Positions 9,621-18,446 of a stretch of DNA of 64,000 nt are shown one piece after another. The notes beneath the pieces are model-generated. The model was given only the letters and a program-made list of their open reading frames with translations. It was not told the origin of the DNA and ran no database searches. Each line of letters starts with the position of its first letter. Position 1 is the first letter of the stretch. The stretch spans positions 15,492-79,491 of the forward strand of contig JAPOKZ010000002.1 in NCBI GenBank assembly GCA_029977385.1, in the 5' to 3' direction. The DNA is from Methanobacteriota archaeon. Its GTDB lineage: Archaea > Thermoplasmatota > Poseidoniia > Poseidoniales > Thalassarchaeaceae. The translations under genes were made by a program, and so were the position numbers.

Positions 9621-10694
9621 TCAGACCGTTGGTACATTCGCAGCATTCTTTCCGTGTAGAATATCTCGAATGACCTCTCCGGTCTCAAGTCCCTTAATCT
9701 GATGCTCTGGTTTCAGAATAATTCTGTGAGCCACTGCCAACTCTGCAATTGACTTCACATCGTCTGGAGTGACGAAGTCCCTTCCTCTCATGGCTGCAAC
9801 AGCCCTACTAGTCTTCAGTAGGGCTTGAGAACCCCTCGGCGAAGAACCTACGAGAACTCTCGGATCCTCTCTAGTTCTTGCTACGATATCCACCATATAC
9901 TCCCTGACTGATCTATCGACATAAACCTCCTCGCAAGACTTCTGCATCTTGACTACTATACTTGGATCAGTGATGCTGTTTACCTCGACTTCGTCAGTCT
10001 TCCTGTTTATCCTTCTCTGTAGGATTTCATTCTCATCTGCTCTGTCGGGGTACCCAACCATCATCTTCATCATGAATCTGTCAAGTTGAGCCTCTGGAAG
10101 TGGGTAAGTCCCTTCTTGCTCAACTGGGTTCTGGGTTGCCATAGTCAGGAAAGGGGAGGGAAGCTTGTGGGTAACTACTCCGATCGTGACCTGCTTCTCC
10201 TGCATTGCCTCCAGAAGAGCCGCCTGTGTCTTCGGAGGGGCTCTGTTAATCTCGTCAGACAGGAGCAGGTTGCAGAATATGGGGCCCGGCTTGAAGGTAA
10301 ACTCGCCTTTCTTAGCATCGTAAATATTTGTCCCAGTTATGTCTGCTGGAAGAAGGTCTGGTGTGAATTGGACTCTCTTGAAGTCGCATCCCAGGGCATC
10401 AGCGAAAGTGTTCGTCATCAGAGTCTTTGCTAGTCCTGGAAAATCCTCGAACAGTAGGTTTCCATTCGAAAGAATGTCTACCATCACGTTATCAATCACG
10501 TGTGATTTACCGATGATTACCTTCTGTACTTCGGTACTGATTGCCTGCCCCATGGCTCCGGTTGCAGACAAAACCTCGTCGACCTTGCTCGATCCACGGG
10601 CCTCTTGTGCTTTCTTGGCTAAAGCGGCATCCTGTGTGCCGGTATTCGGCGCTTGCATCCCTTTTGGTGGTCCTGTTTCACTCATTTTTTTCAC
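9621..10694 (-). CDS. MoxR-family AAA+ ATPase
   Basis: Motifs include a Walker A-like GNLLFEDFPGLAKT, Walker B/sensor LLLSDEINRAPPKTQAALLEAMQEKQVT, TQNPVEQEGTYPLPEAQLDRF and GSSPRGSQALL. Confidence 0.9.
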   Translation of the reverse strand: MKKMSETGPPKGMQAPNTGTQDAALAKKAQEARGSSKVDEVLSATGAMGQAISTEVQKVIIGKSHVIDNVMVDILSNGNLLFEDFPGLAKTLMTNTFADALGCDFKRVQFTPDLLPADITGTNIYDAKKGEFTFKPGPIFCNLLLSDEINRAPPKTQAALLEAMQEKQVTIGVVTHKLPSPFLTMATQNPVEQEGTYPLPEAQLDRFMMKMMVGYPDRADENEILQRRINRKTDEVEVNSITDPSIVVKMQKSCEEVYVDRSVREYMVDIVARTREDPRVLVGSSPRGSQALLKTSRAVAAMRGRDFVTPDDVKSIAELAVAHRIILKPEHQIKGLETGEVIRDILHGKNAANVPTV

Positions 10695-10703
10695 TCCATT
10701 TTA

Positions 10704-12317
10704 TTAGTTATTTTTTCCCCATCGGCGAATAGTTTGCATCAACTTGCGCAACTCTTGTGGCGTGTACGTCCGGCTTTGGCTATAAGCCAATTCCACGAGA
10801 CGCGGATCCCCGATCATCGCCTGTACTTCAGGCGGAGGAGTCATTGCCATCTGATCTCTGGTAAGGTCGTGGTGAATCCTAACTTTAGTCAGAAGGGATT
10901 TCCTGACCCTATCTCTATATGTGGCCGGATCTAGTTTCTCAGGACGCTGGTTGAATTTAGTTAAATCAAACACATGCCTCCAATTCTCCTTTTCGGGGAC
11001 TACCATCATAGCTACGAGTAGGAGGAGGGTGACGTTCAGAACTACCAGCCACTTTAGGAATTGATTAGAAGTAAGCAAGACAACTGTCCCCATAGTCTGA
11101 ACGAAAGGCTCGGAGACAATTCCAGTTACGTGCCTGCTCTCGTCGAAAACGACTTGGAAGTTCGAAGGGTCAGTTCGAATCGGGGCATTCAGATCTACAT
11201 TATCGAACTCCATCATATCGTATACTAGTAGTCTGAAGTATCTCTCATTCCCATCCCACTCATTGTTATTGAGAATCTCTTGAGTCCAACAATTGTTTCG
11301 CGTGTAATCACCAATTGCCGAGCAGTCTTGACTTAGGCCTTGATCCTGAGCGACTGCTAGTTTCCATAGCATATTCGAGAAAGCCTCGTCATCCGCTACG
11401 AAAACAATGCTTCCGGTGACTTCCAACTCGCCGACTCCAGCCGAAAACGCCCCTCTGCCTTCATCGGCTACTTTGTCTAGGACTTTTATCCCAGGGTAGT
11501 CGAACCTCATCATTAGCCTAAGATCTCCAGTCGCAGGATTGGCAGGATTAGTTGGATCGCCATCTCCTGCTCGATCAATAAATGCTGAAGGAGAAGCGGT
11601 CCCTAGCGTCATGATTCTCCTGTGATTTGGGTCTTCGATATCTTTGTCCGTCGGTTCGAACATCATTCCTGTGGGGCCCTTGTACATCACGGGAAGCCTA
11701 CAGTCGTTCAGACCGTCCGGATTCTGAATCTGGAATGCAGTACATCCTTGCATCAGTGCTCCAGGGGACATATCCCCTATGTCCTGATTGACCGGAGACG
11801 CACTCCAGACATTGCCCCAGTCAATGAACTGATTCGACTGTTGAGTGTAAACCCAATGCTGCTTATCATCCAGCAGGGGCGCATCCATATATCTGACTCC
11901 GAATAGTATGGCTAGATTGTGGGCCTGAGTATTATCAGCCGCGACGATTACCTTTCCTCCTTTCTCAGTGACGAATCTGAAAATCTCATCTGCCTCGGTC
12001 TGATCGATCGGTTTCTCAGGAGCAACTATGGTCAGAAGTGTTCTATGCGGGTCCTTCCAATCATTTACCAGCATAGGTGTGGACATAGTATTAGCAACAT
12101 AGTAACCCGAGTCTCTATTCTCAACGTACTCTCCCTCGAAAGTATCTCTCATATCTGATAACTGGCCCAAGCCGTCGTTATCGTAAGCAGAATAATTTGA
12201 TGATTTTCCGACAACGAAGAACATGGGCATGACCAAGAGTAGGATTGACGTAATTACTAGGGAATACAAAACGTTCCTGTTGAATCTAGCTTCACTATCC
12301 ATGTCATCAATCGCCAT
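10704..12317 (-). CDS. DUF4350-like membrane-anchored protein associated with the MoxR operon
   Basis: It has N- and C-terminal TM helices flanking a large outer domain. The segments LLTIVAPEKPIDQTEADEIFRFVTEKGGKVIVAAD and VVFDESRHV resemble DUF4350. It ends 9 nt upstream of MoxR. Confidence 0.5.
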   Translation of the reverse strand: MAIDDMDSEARFNRNVLYSLVITSILLLVMPMFFVVGKSSNYSAYDNDGLGQLSDMRDTFEGEYVENRDSGYYVANTMSTPMLVNDWKDPHRTLLTIVAPEKPIDQTEADEIFRFVTEKGGKVIVAADNTQAHNLAILFGVRYMDAPLLDDKQHWVYTQQSNQFIDWGNVWSASPVNQDIGDMSPGALMQGCTAFQIQNPDGLNDCRLPVMYKGPTGMMFEPTDKDIEDPNHRRIMTLGTASPSAFIDRAGDGDPTNPANPATGDLRLMMRFDYPGIKVLDKVADEGRGAFSAGVGELEVTGSIVFVADDEAFSNMLWKLAVAQDQGLSQDCSAIGDYTRNNCWTQEILNNNEWDGNERYFRLLVYDMMEFDNVDLNAPIRTDPSNFQVVFDESRHVTGIVSEPFVQTMGTVVLLTSNQFLKWLVVLNVTLLLLVAMMVVPEKENWRHVFDLTKFNQRPEKLDPATYRDRVRKSLLTKVRIHHDLTRDQMAMTPPPEVQAMIGDPRLVELAYSQSRTYTPQELRKLMQTIRRWGKNN

Positions 12318-12338
12318 GGTTTCTGATCCCCTTTTAGT

Positions 12339-12355
12339 TGGGCCGTAGGCCCAAG
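12339..12355 (-). terminator. perfect 7-bp stem / 3-nt loop hairpin (TTGGGCC-GTA-GGCCCAA) in the only sizeable gap of the minus-strand run
   Basis: The inverted repeat is read directly from the sequence. It lies in the 112-nt spacer between the secreted-protein gene and the DUF4350-like gene. Its function (terminator, processing site or attenuator) is not established. Confidence 0.3.
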
Positions 12356-12429
12356 CAACATCCTCCCGACAATTAAATCACGGTTATATGTTGCTGAGCA
12401 TAGTTCGCTAATCATGTTGGATGCGACAT

Positions 12430-13380
12430 TTATTCAATTAAATTCTCATTTCTTTGGATATAAGCCATTGCTGCAAGCAGTCCAATAGTTAGAACTCCCA
12501 ATCCGGGAGCTGGGAGGTTTGACTCTATCGAGTCCTCTGTATCGCTGACATCGTTATCCTGTCCCCCAGAGCCAGAATCTCCGGTTGGCGGAGGCTCCAC
12601 AGTAACTCTCACTTCGTCTTCCGAGGCACCGGATGCTCCATTCCTTTTCGATGTCACAGAAACCGTGATGTCACAGTGTCGCTTAGGATGGCTTTCTGAT
12701 GCGGTTACCCTGAGATCAGCATCCTTGGCTCTTCCGGACTCAATATTGCCGCTTACAAGCGCGTCTAGTCCATTATCCGTTGTCAATAGTGGGCAGTCGT
12801 CCCTTACGTTGACTTCGGCTACTCCATCCTGTGCGTTTCCATTATTTCTCACGGTCACGGTTAATATTGTCTCTGAGCCAGAGTTCATAGGTCCGAATGG
12901 CTCAGAAATATCCACGACTAAATCAAATATTGATGGTATCTCCAAGTCTCCCTCTCTGTTCTGTGAAGAAGATAGGGGATCTGGAATGCCCTGTCTAGCA
13001 GTTATCGTTGCTGTAATTGAGAATTTCTCTTTCTTTTCAGCGTCTTGGGATAGTACGTCTATTCCACTGATCTTTAGATCAAATGTCTCGTTCGTACCGG
13101 AAGAAATGGACTCTTCCTCGGGACCCTCATGACTTCCTCCGAACGGAATATTATACTCAAACTGAACCGTTATCTCTGTCAATCCTGAATTTTCTACGAA
13201 GAACTCGACCTTAGCCGAACCATCGTCTGACAAGACAAAAGAATTGGTTGCGTCCTCTCCTGGATATTTTATCCCTAACTCCCAGGATTCCAACTCCTGT
13301 CCAGATGAGGGGGGGACTGACACTATAGATGCCGTTAGAATGGCCCAAATCATCAAAGAGCGAACTCTCAAACTCATCAA
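12430..13380 (-). CDS. secreted two-domain (Ig/CARDB-like) protein with a C-terminal membrane anchor
   Basis: It has a signal peptide (MMSLRVRSLMIWAILTASIVSVPPSSG), two beta-rich domains, an acidic and Ser/Gly linker, and a C-terminus of LPAPGLGVLTIGLLAAMAYIQRNE. Its ATG overlaps the stop of the FAD-subunit gene (ATGA). Confidence 0.6.
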   Translation of the reverse strand: MMSLRVRSLMIWAILTASIVSVPPSSGQELESWELGIKYPGEDATNSFVLSDDGSAKVEFFVENSGLTEITVQFEYNIPFGGSHEGPEEESISSGTNETFDLKISGIDVLSQDAEKKEKFSITATITARQGIPDPLSSSQNREGDLEIPSIFDLVVDISEPFGPMNSGSETILTVTVRNNGNAQDGVAEVNVRDDCPLLTTDNGLDALVSGNIESGRAKDADLRVTASESHPKRHCDITVSVTSKRNGASGASEDEVRVTVEPPPTGDSGSGGQDNDVSDTEDSIESNLPAPGLGVLTIGLLAAMAYIQRNENLIE

Positions 13381-14360
13381 CTCACCAGTAATTTTCTACA
13401 TGCCCTTTTCGTTAAGACCTTCACCATCTTCCTTCTATATGATGGCGAGAACCAGGTGTTCTGGACAGGCTTAACTGCATTTCTAATAGACTCTGCTAGG
13501 TTTTCCACGGTCTCCGCTCCACTCCAGTTCTCTAGCGCGTCTTCGGCTTCTTCTGAATGCAAACTAGGAATCGACTCTAGGCCAGTGGTTGCCACTCTCA
13601 GACTAGACGGCCCTTCCTCCTTATCACCCTTCCAGAGGACTGCTACGCCTGCTTCAGGGAAGTCCCACGACTCGCGCTGCCTCAACTTCTGGTAGTCTCC
13701 GCTCCAATCAGATGAATCTTCAGGGAGGGTGATGTGAGTTACCATTTCTCCGGTTTTTAGGACATTCCTGGTCATTCCATCTAACTCGAAGAAATCACAT
13801 AGCGGCATCGAGCGCGTTCCTTCGGGGGATGCTAGGTGGATTGTAGCTTCTAGACACATCAAGACGGGCGCTAAATCAGCTTGATAGGTCGCAACGCATA
13901 GAGTATTCTGGTTTGGAATAACTCTACAATCAGCCCCAGTACCACAATCACATTTGTGACACCAGTCAATCGACTCTCTCCATGTTTCCGACTGATTAAT
14001 CCAGTAGCAGCGCGTATCTAGACAAATATTTCCGCCAACGGTTCCGGACCTCCTGATCATCACGCTGGCGATTGAGTCTGCGGCCTTGGCCAAGACAGGA
14101 TGAGTCGACTCGTGATCCGATAACTCATTGATACTGACCATAGCACCAATGCTTGTTCCACTAATTTCTCGTAGCTCTGGGATAGAAGATAGAGAGATAA
14201 CGTGCCCCTTCACATTTATGTGCCACTTGTAGTTTGGAAGAAGGTCAGTTCCTCCAGCCACCCAATCGAAATCCTCTCCAGATTCAGAAAGCTCTCTCGA
14301 CATTTTTAGTGCTTCATCCAAACTCTTCGGCGAATGAACACGGAAGGGTGGCATCCTCAT
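13377..14360 (-). CDS. molybdenum hydroxylase FAD-binding (medium) subunit, CoxM/XdhB-like
   Basis: The FAD_binding_5-like N-terminus has AGGTDLLP and GTVGGNI motifs. It overlaps the large-subunit gene by 4 nt. Confidence 0.85.
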   Translation of the reverse strand: MRMPPFRVHSPKSLDEALKMSRELSESGEDFDWVAGGTDLLPNYKWHINVKGHVISLSSIPELREISGTSIGAMVSINELSDHESTHPVLAKAADSIASVMIRRSGTVGGNICLDTRCYWINQSETWRESIDWCHKCDCGTGADCRVIPNQNTLCVATYQADLAPVLMCLEATIHLASPEGTRSMPLCDFFELDGMTRNVLKTGEMVTHITLPEDSSDWSGDYQKLRQRESWDFPEAGVAVLWKGDKEEGPSSLRVATTGLESIPSLHSEEAEDALENWSGAETVENLAESIRNAVKPVQNTWFSPSYRRKMVKVLTKRACRKLLVS

Positions 14361-17146
14361 TTACGACCCTCCGCATGACGTCTTTCTTTGTGCTCCCAAG
14401 CTCTTCCAGCCAATCTAGGAGACTCCAGATATCCCTCTCCCGGGGTCACTCTTACTGACCACCTCGGATCAACTTCGTCAGGAGGTATAGCTGGGTCTAG
14501 GCCGAATAATGCACCATTGTGATAATCCGATCTATCCTCATCAAGCCTCCTATCCTTATCTCTAATGCCATGTTCGTCGGCCCTTTTTTCTAGAACTGCT
14601 TGAAGGTCTGAGTGTTGAAGAGAGGGGTTTGTCAGATTATTCGGGTCTGATACCCCTTCTTCTCTACAACGCTTCTCAATCATTTTGTATACCTTCTCTG
14701 GCGACATTGGTAACTCAGAGGTTCTGATTCCTATAGCATCGTAAACGGCATTACAAACAGATGGTAGAATCGGAAGTAGAGGCCCCTCTCCGGCTTCTTT
14801 GGCTCCAAACGGTCCTTCTGGATCATTAGACTCCACGATTATTGGAATTACTTCAGGCATTTCGTGAATACTTGGAATCTTGTAATCTAGGAGATCTGGA
14901 TTCATCAGATTTCCACTTCTCCCATATCGCATTTCTTCCGATAGAACCTGACCCATCCCCATGTGACAAGATCCAATTATCTGTCCCTTTACTGCCAACG
15001 GATTCAGAGCCTTTCCACAATCGTGAGCCGCCCATACCTTGTCTACCTTTATTTGTCCAGTTTCCACATCTACTGAGACTTCTGTGACATACGCAGAGAA
15101 AGAGTATGCTGGTGCAAGTCCAGCCGCCGCTCCCTTGTGCATCTTCCCCATAGGGGGCGTCCTGTATGCTCCAGAGGCAACCAAGGCTCCCCTATCTTCT
15201 TGGGATTTGTGAAGAGCTTCGAGGTAGGAGACTCCAACCGCTGGATCCTTCTTCAGGAAGATTCTCCTATCCCCAATAATCAAACCACTTCTTTCCGCCC
15301 CTGTGATTTCTACAGTAGCATCAAGTAACTCATCCCGGATTTGCATAGCTGCTGAAATAGCCGCATTGGCATTCATGAAAGTCACTCTGGACGAGTAAGA
15401 ACCCAAGTCCACAGGAGAAGTGTCCGAATCTCTCGATTTCACTCTGATCATATCTAGAGGTAGACCTAGTACCTCTGCAACAGATTGGGCTACGACTGTG
15501 TCTGACCCTTGACCTATGTCTGCGGCCCCAGTATGGATGGTGACTCCACCATCCATATCGATCTTCAGATGAACGGTTGCATGGGGAAACTTATTCGGAT
15601 CCCAGTGGATAGGAAGTCCACTCCCTGAAATGAAGAAACCGCAACCAATTCCAATTCCCTTGCCAAGAGGAAGTTTGCGGAATTTTCTATCCCAGCCACT
15701 TTCTTCTCTGACCCTCTCTAGACAATCTCTCATCCCTATGCTTGTTACTCTGAATCCGGTAATTGTGGCCGAGTGTGGGGGTAGAAGGTTTGCTAAACGC
15801 AAAGATATCGGGTCAACACTCAACTTCTCAGCTAAGTCATCAAGACCTACTTCCACTGCGCATCTAGAATTAACCGCTCCATGACCTCGCATAGCACCAC
15901 TGGCAGGTTTGTTCGTCCAAACCCTAGCCCCCGTGTAGTGGAAAGCACCGATTTCGTAGGGGGCAGTATGGAGAACTCCATTGTAATAGGTTGTAACATG
16001 CCCGAAAGATGCGAATGCACCTCCATCTATTAGTGCGTCAGTCTCTATCCCGCATATTCTTCCTTCGTCATCGGCATGCAGGTTCATCTCAATTCGAGAA
16101 GGATGGCGACCTCTGTTTACCCAGTAAACCTCCTCTCTGTCGAAAGTTATGCGAACGGGTTTACCAGACTTCCTCGCAAGAATCGCCGCACACATTTCAT
16201 GCGGGAAGGGATCAGACTTTCCACCGAAACCACCCCCGACAAAGGTCCTATGAACATTGATTTGGTGCATTGGAATCTCCAATACATCAGCCAGCGCTCT
16301 GTGAACGTAGTGCGGAACCTGCTGCGGTGTGTATAGGGTGAGTCTTCCTGACGGGTCCCAGTGCGCCACTACTGCATGTGGCTCGGTAAATGCGTGGTTC
16401 ACTCCGGCGAAAATCCAATTCTTTTTGTGGCTAGCAACAGAATTTTCTTTCATTCCCTCAATATCTCCGAATTCTTGGAACACTCTCTTCTGGATGTTTG
16501 AATCTCCAATGTGGTATTGTCCCCTGTCATGAATGGGGTCTTCGTTATCTTCGAGCCCCTTTCTCATGTCATGAATCGGTTCAATCAATTCGTACTCCAC
16601 TTCGATAAGCCTCTCCGCCTCTCTAGCGGTAGCCTCGTCGATTGCTGCTACGCATGCCACAAGATCTCCTGCATGTCGAACCTTTTCTACAGCCATCGCA
16701 TGCTCGTCCTTTGTCACAGGGAGAACCCCGAACCTATTCTTCGCATCATCTCCCGTTGCAACTGCGACTACTCCAGGTAACTCCAGGGCCTTTGTGCAAT
16801 CAACAGATAGAACCCTGGCATAGTGATGAGGGGAACGTACAATCCGTCCAATCAACTCTCCTGGGAGTCTTACGTCGTCTCCGTAATGTGCCTGCCCAGT
16901 TACCTTCCAAGAACTATCCACAAGGGCAGTCGATTTACCAATCACTCTTCCGCTAATCAGCCCATCGTGCCTGTGCGAGCCCCATTCCTGGGCTAGCTTC
17001 CCACCTTGAGACTCGGGAATCATTTCTGGATCTGTCGTCTCAGAGAATTTTCCTTTCCCCCCTGATCCAGGTCTAGAAAATGGAAGTTTTCCGGGTTGTT
17101 GCCTGTAGCCCACTATTTCCTTCGGAGTATCCTCTTTTTCAGACAT
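14357..17146 (-). CDS. molybdopterin-binding large subunit of a xanthine dehydrogenase/aldehyde oxidase-family hydroxylase
   Basis: Motifs include GGGFGGKSD, MRGHGA, IGQGSDT and GAKEAGEGP. The ORF is open back to 17200, but the ATG at 17146 lies 1 nt after the small-subunit stop, so I prefer it as the start. Confidence 0.9.
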   Translation of the reverse strand: MSEKEDTPKEIVGYRQQPGKLPFSRPGSGGKGKFSETTDPEMIPESQGGKLAQEWGSHRHDGLISGRVIGKSTALVDSSWKVTGQAHYGDDVRLPGELIGRIVRSPHHYARVLSVDCTKALELPGVVAVATGDDAKNRFGVLPVTKDEHAMAVEKVRHAGDLVACVAAIDEATAREAERLIEVEYELIEPIHDMRKGLEDNEDPIHDRGQYHIGDSNIQKRVFQEFGDIEGMKENSVASHKKNWIFAGVNHAFTEPHAVVAHWDPSGRLTLYTPQQVPHYVHRALADVLEIPMHQINVHRTFVGGGFGGKSDPFPHEMCAAILARKSGKPVRITFDREEVYWVNRGRHPSRIEMNLHADDEGRICGIETDALIDGGAFASFGHVTTYYNGVLHTAPYEIGAFHYTGARVWTNKPASGAMRGHGAVNSRCAVEVGLDDLAEKLSVDPISLRLANLLPPHSATITGFRVTSIGMRDCLERVREESGWDRKFRKLPLGKGIGIGCGFFISGSGLPIHWDPNKFPHATVHLKIDMDGGVTIHTGAADIGQGSDTVVAQSVAEVLGLPLDMIRVKSRDSDTSPVDLGSYSSRVTFMNANAAISAAMQIRDELLDATVEITGAERSGLIIGDRRIFLKKDPAVGVSYLEALHKSQEDRGALVASGAYRTPPMGKMHKGAAAGLAPAYSFSAYVTEVSVDVETGQIKVDKVWAAHDCGKALNPLAVKGQIIGSCHMGMGQVLSEEMRYGRSGNLMNPDLLDYKIPSIHEMPEVIPIIVESNDPEGPFGAKEAGEGPLLPILPSVCNAVYDAIGIRTSELPMSPEKVYKMIEKRCREEGVSDPNNLTNPSLQHSDLQAVLEKRADEHGIRDKDRRLDEDRSDYHNGALFGLDPAIPPDEVDPRWSVRVTPGEGYLESPRLAGRAWEHKERRHAEGRK

Positions 17147-17147
17147 A

Positions 17148-17738
17148 CTAATCTCCACCAAATCCTGGATGAGGATCGCTCTTTGAATCAGTCGAGTCAC
17201 TAATTGATTCTCCCGAGATTAGGATTTCCGAAGCAGCTTTGACAGAGTCCACTATCTGTTGGAAGCCAGTGCATCGACATAGGTTTCCCTCTATTGCTTG
17301 CTTAATCTCTTTATCATCGGGTTTGGGATTTTCAGATAGCAATGCAGAAATTACCACTAGGAAACCTGGAGTGCAGAATCCACACTGACTGCCTCCGCAC
17401 TCGGCGAATGTCTGCTGTATCGGGTGCAGATGGTGCCCATCAGCCAATCCCTCTACCGTTGTGATATCGGTTTGTTCCGCATCTACTGCTAATGTCAGAC
17501 AAGACAATCTAGGCTCCCCGTTAATTAGTACAGAACAGCAACCACAAGTCCCCATATCGCATCCGCGTTTAGTCCCCAGACTTCCGACTCTATCCCTCAA
17601 AATGTCTAGCAGAATCGCATTGCTCTCGATAAAAAAAGTAACTTCATCGCCATTCACCTTGGCATTCCACTCGACCGAATCGGAAGGGGGTAGCATAGGT
17701 AGCCGGAACTGCACCACATTGTGACCAATCGAGCTCAT
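17148..17738 (-). CDS. [2Fe-2S]-binding small subunit of the Mo hydroxylase (CoxS-like)
   Basis: It has plant-type and second-cluster cysteine motifs: GCDMGTCGCCSVLINGEPRLSC and CGFCTPGF...CRCTG. Confidence 0.9.
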   Translation of the reverse strand: MSSIGHNVVQFRLPMLPPSDSVEWNAKVNGDEVTFFIESNAILLDILRDRVGSLGTKRGCDMGTCGCCSVLINGEPRLSCLTLAVDAEQTDITTVEGLADGHHLHPIQQTFAECGGSQCGFCTPGFLVVISALLSENPKPDDKEIKQAIEGNLCRCTGFQQIVDSVKAASEILISGESISDSTDSKSDPHPGFGGD

Positions 17739-17764
17739 CCTTTGAGCATTCGGTTCCGGTGAGA

Positions 17765-18409
17765 CTATTGGAAATCCTTGACTGCTCTTTTTAGAACTTC
17801 AGACTCTGCTCTTTTCAGATGCTCGCCAGTCGTGCTTCTGGCTATTCCTAGCTCATCTGCAAGTTGCTTCAATGTGACCTCTCCTCCATCTTCGTAGTAG
17901 CCTCTGAACACGGCAAGTTCTAGCACCTCTCTCTGTTTTTCTGTTAGGAAATCGAGATCTTTTGAAGAACCATTCTTCACTGTCTGAACACTAATTGTGT
18001 CGGGAGGCATTACTTCTCTAACGAACTCCAGGAAACTTCGTATCGAACTAGAAATTCCAAAGATTCTGAATTCTAAACCGTTTTTTGAATCGATCCCGTA
18101 GGGGGGGTAGACATAGATGTTCGATAACTCCAATGCCGAAAGTGCTAGAGGATGGGTGCAAAGAATACTAACCAGTATCCCATCCTCATCCTCTTCGTGT
18201 GTTTCGAGAACCTCAAAACTCTCTAACTCTGAGATTTCAGACAGATTACGTCCTTTGTTAATCTTCAACTCTACCAATTGGGTAACTCCTCCAGGATTAG
18301 TAGAAAGGTGCCCGAGAACCTCTATTCTCTGGCATATTTCCATCATTTCGTCTATCTCGTCAATCCCGCAAAGTGAGGAAACCTTCCACCTTAGGAGCAC
18401 CTTCCTCAT
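17765..18409 (-). CDS. HTH_10 (bacterio-opsin activator-like) transcriptional regulator
   Basis: The C-terminal segment LTEKQREVLELAVFRGYYEDGGEVTLKQLADELGIARSTTGEHLKRAESEVL is the typical archaeal HTH_10 signature. Confidence 0.7.
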   Translation of the reverse strand: MRKVLLRWKVSSLCGIDEIDEMMEICQRIEVLGHLSTNPGGVTQLVELKINKGRNLSEISELESFEVLETHEEDEDGILVSILCTHPLALSALELSNIYVYPPYGIDSKNGLEFRIFGISSSIRSFLEFVREVMPPDTISVQTVKNGSSKDLDFLTEKQREVLELAVFRGYYEDGGEVTLKQLADELGIARSTTGEHLKRAESEVLKRAVKDFQ

Positions 18410-18446
18410 AGGAATGGGAATCTATTCTTGATATTTAGAGCACACC

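Noticed and set aside
14357-17200. Calling the Mo enzyme a carbon monoxide dehydrogenase (CoxL)
   Set aside because: Neither the form I (VAYRCSFR) nor the form II (AYRGAGR) active-site loop is visible in the translation, and the gene order is S-L-M rather than M-S-L. I left the substrate unknown.
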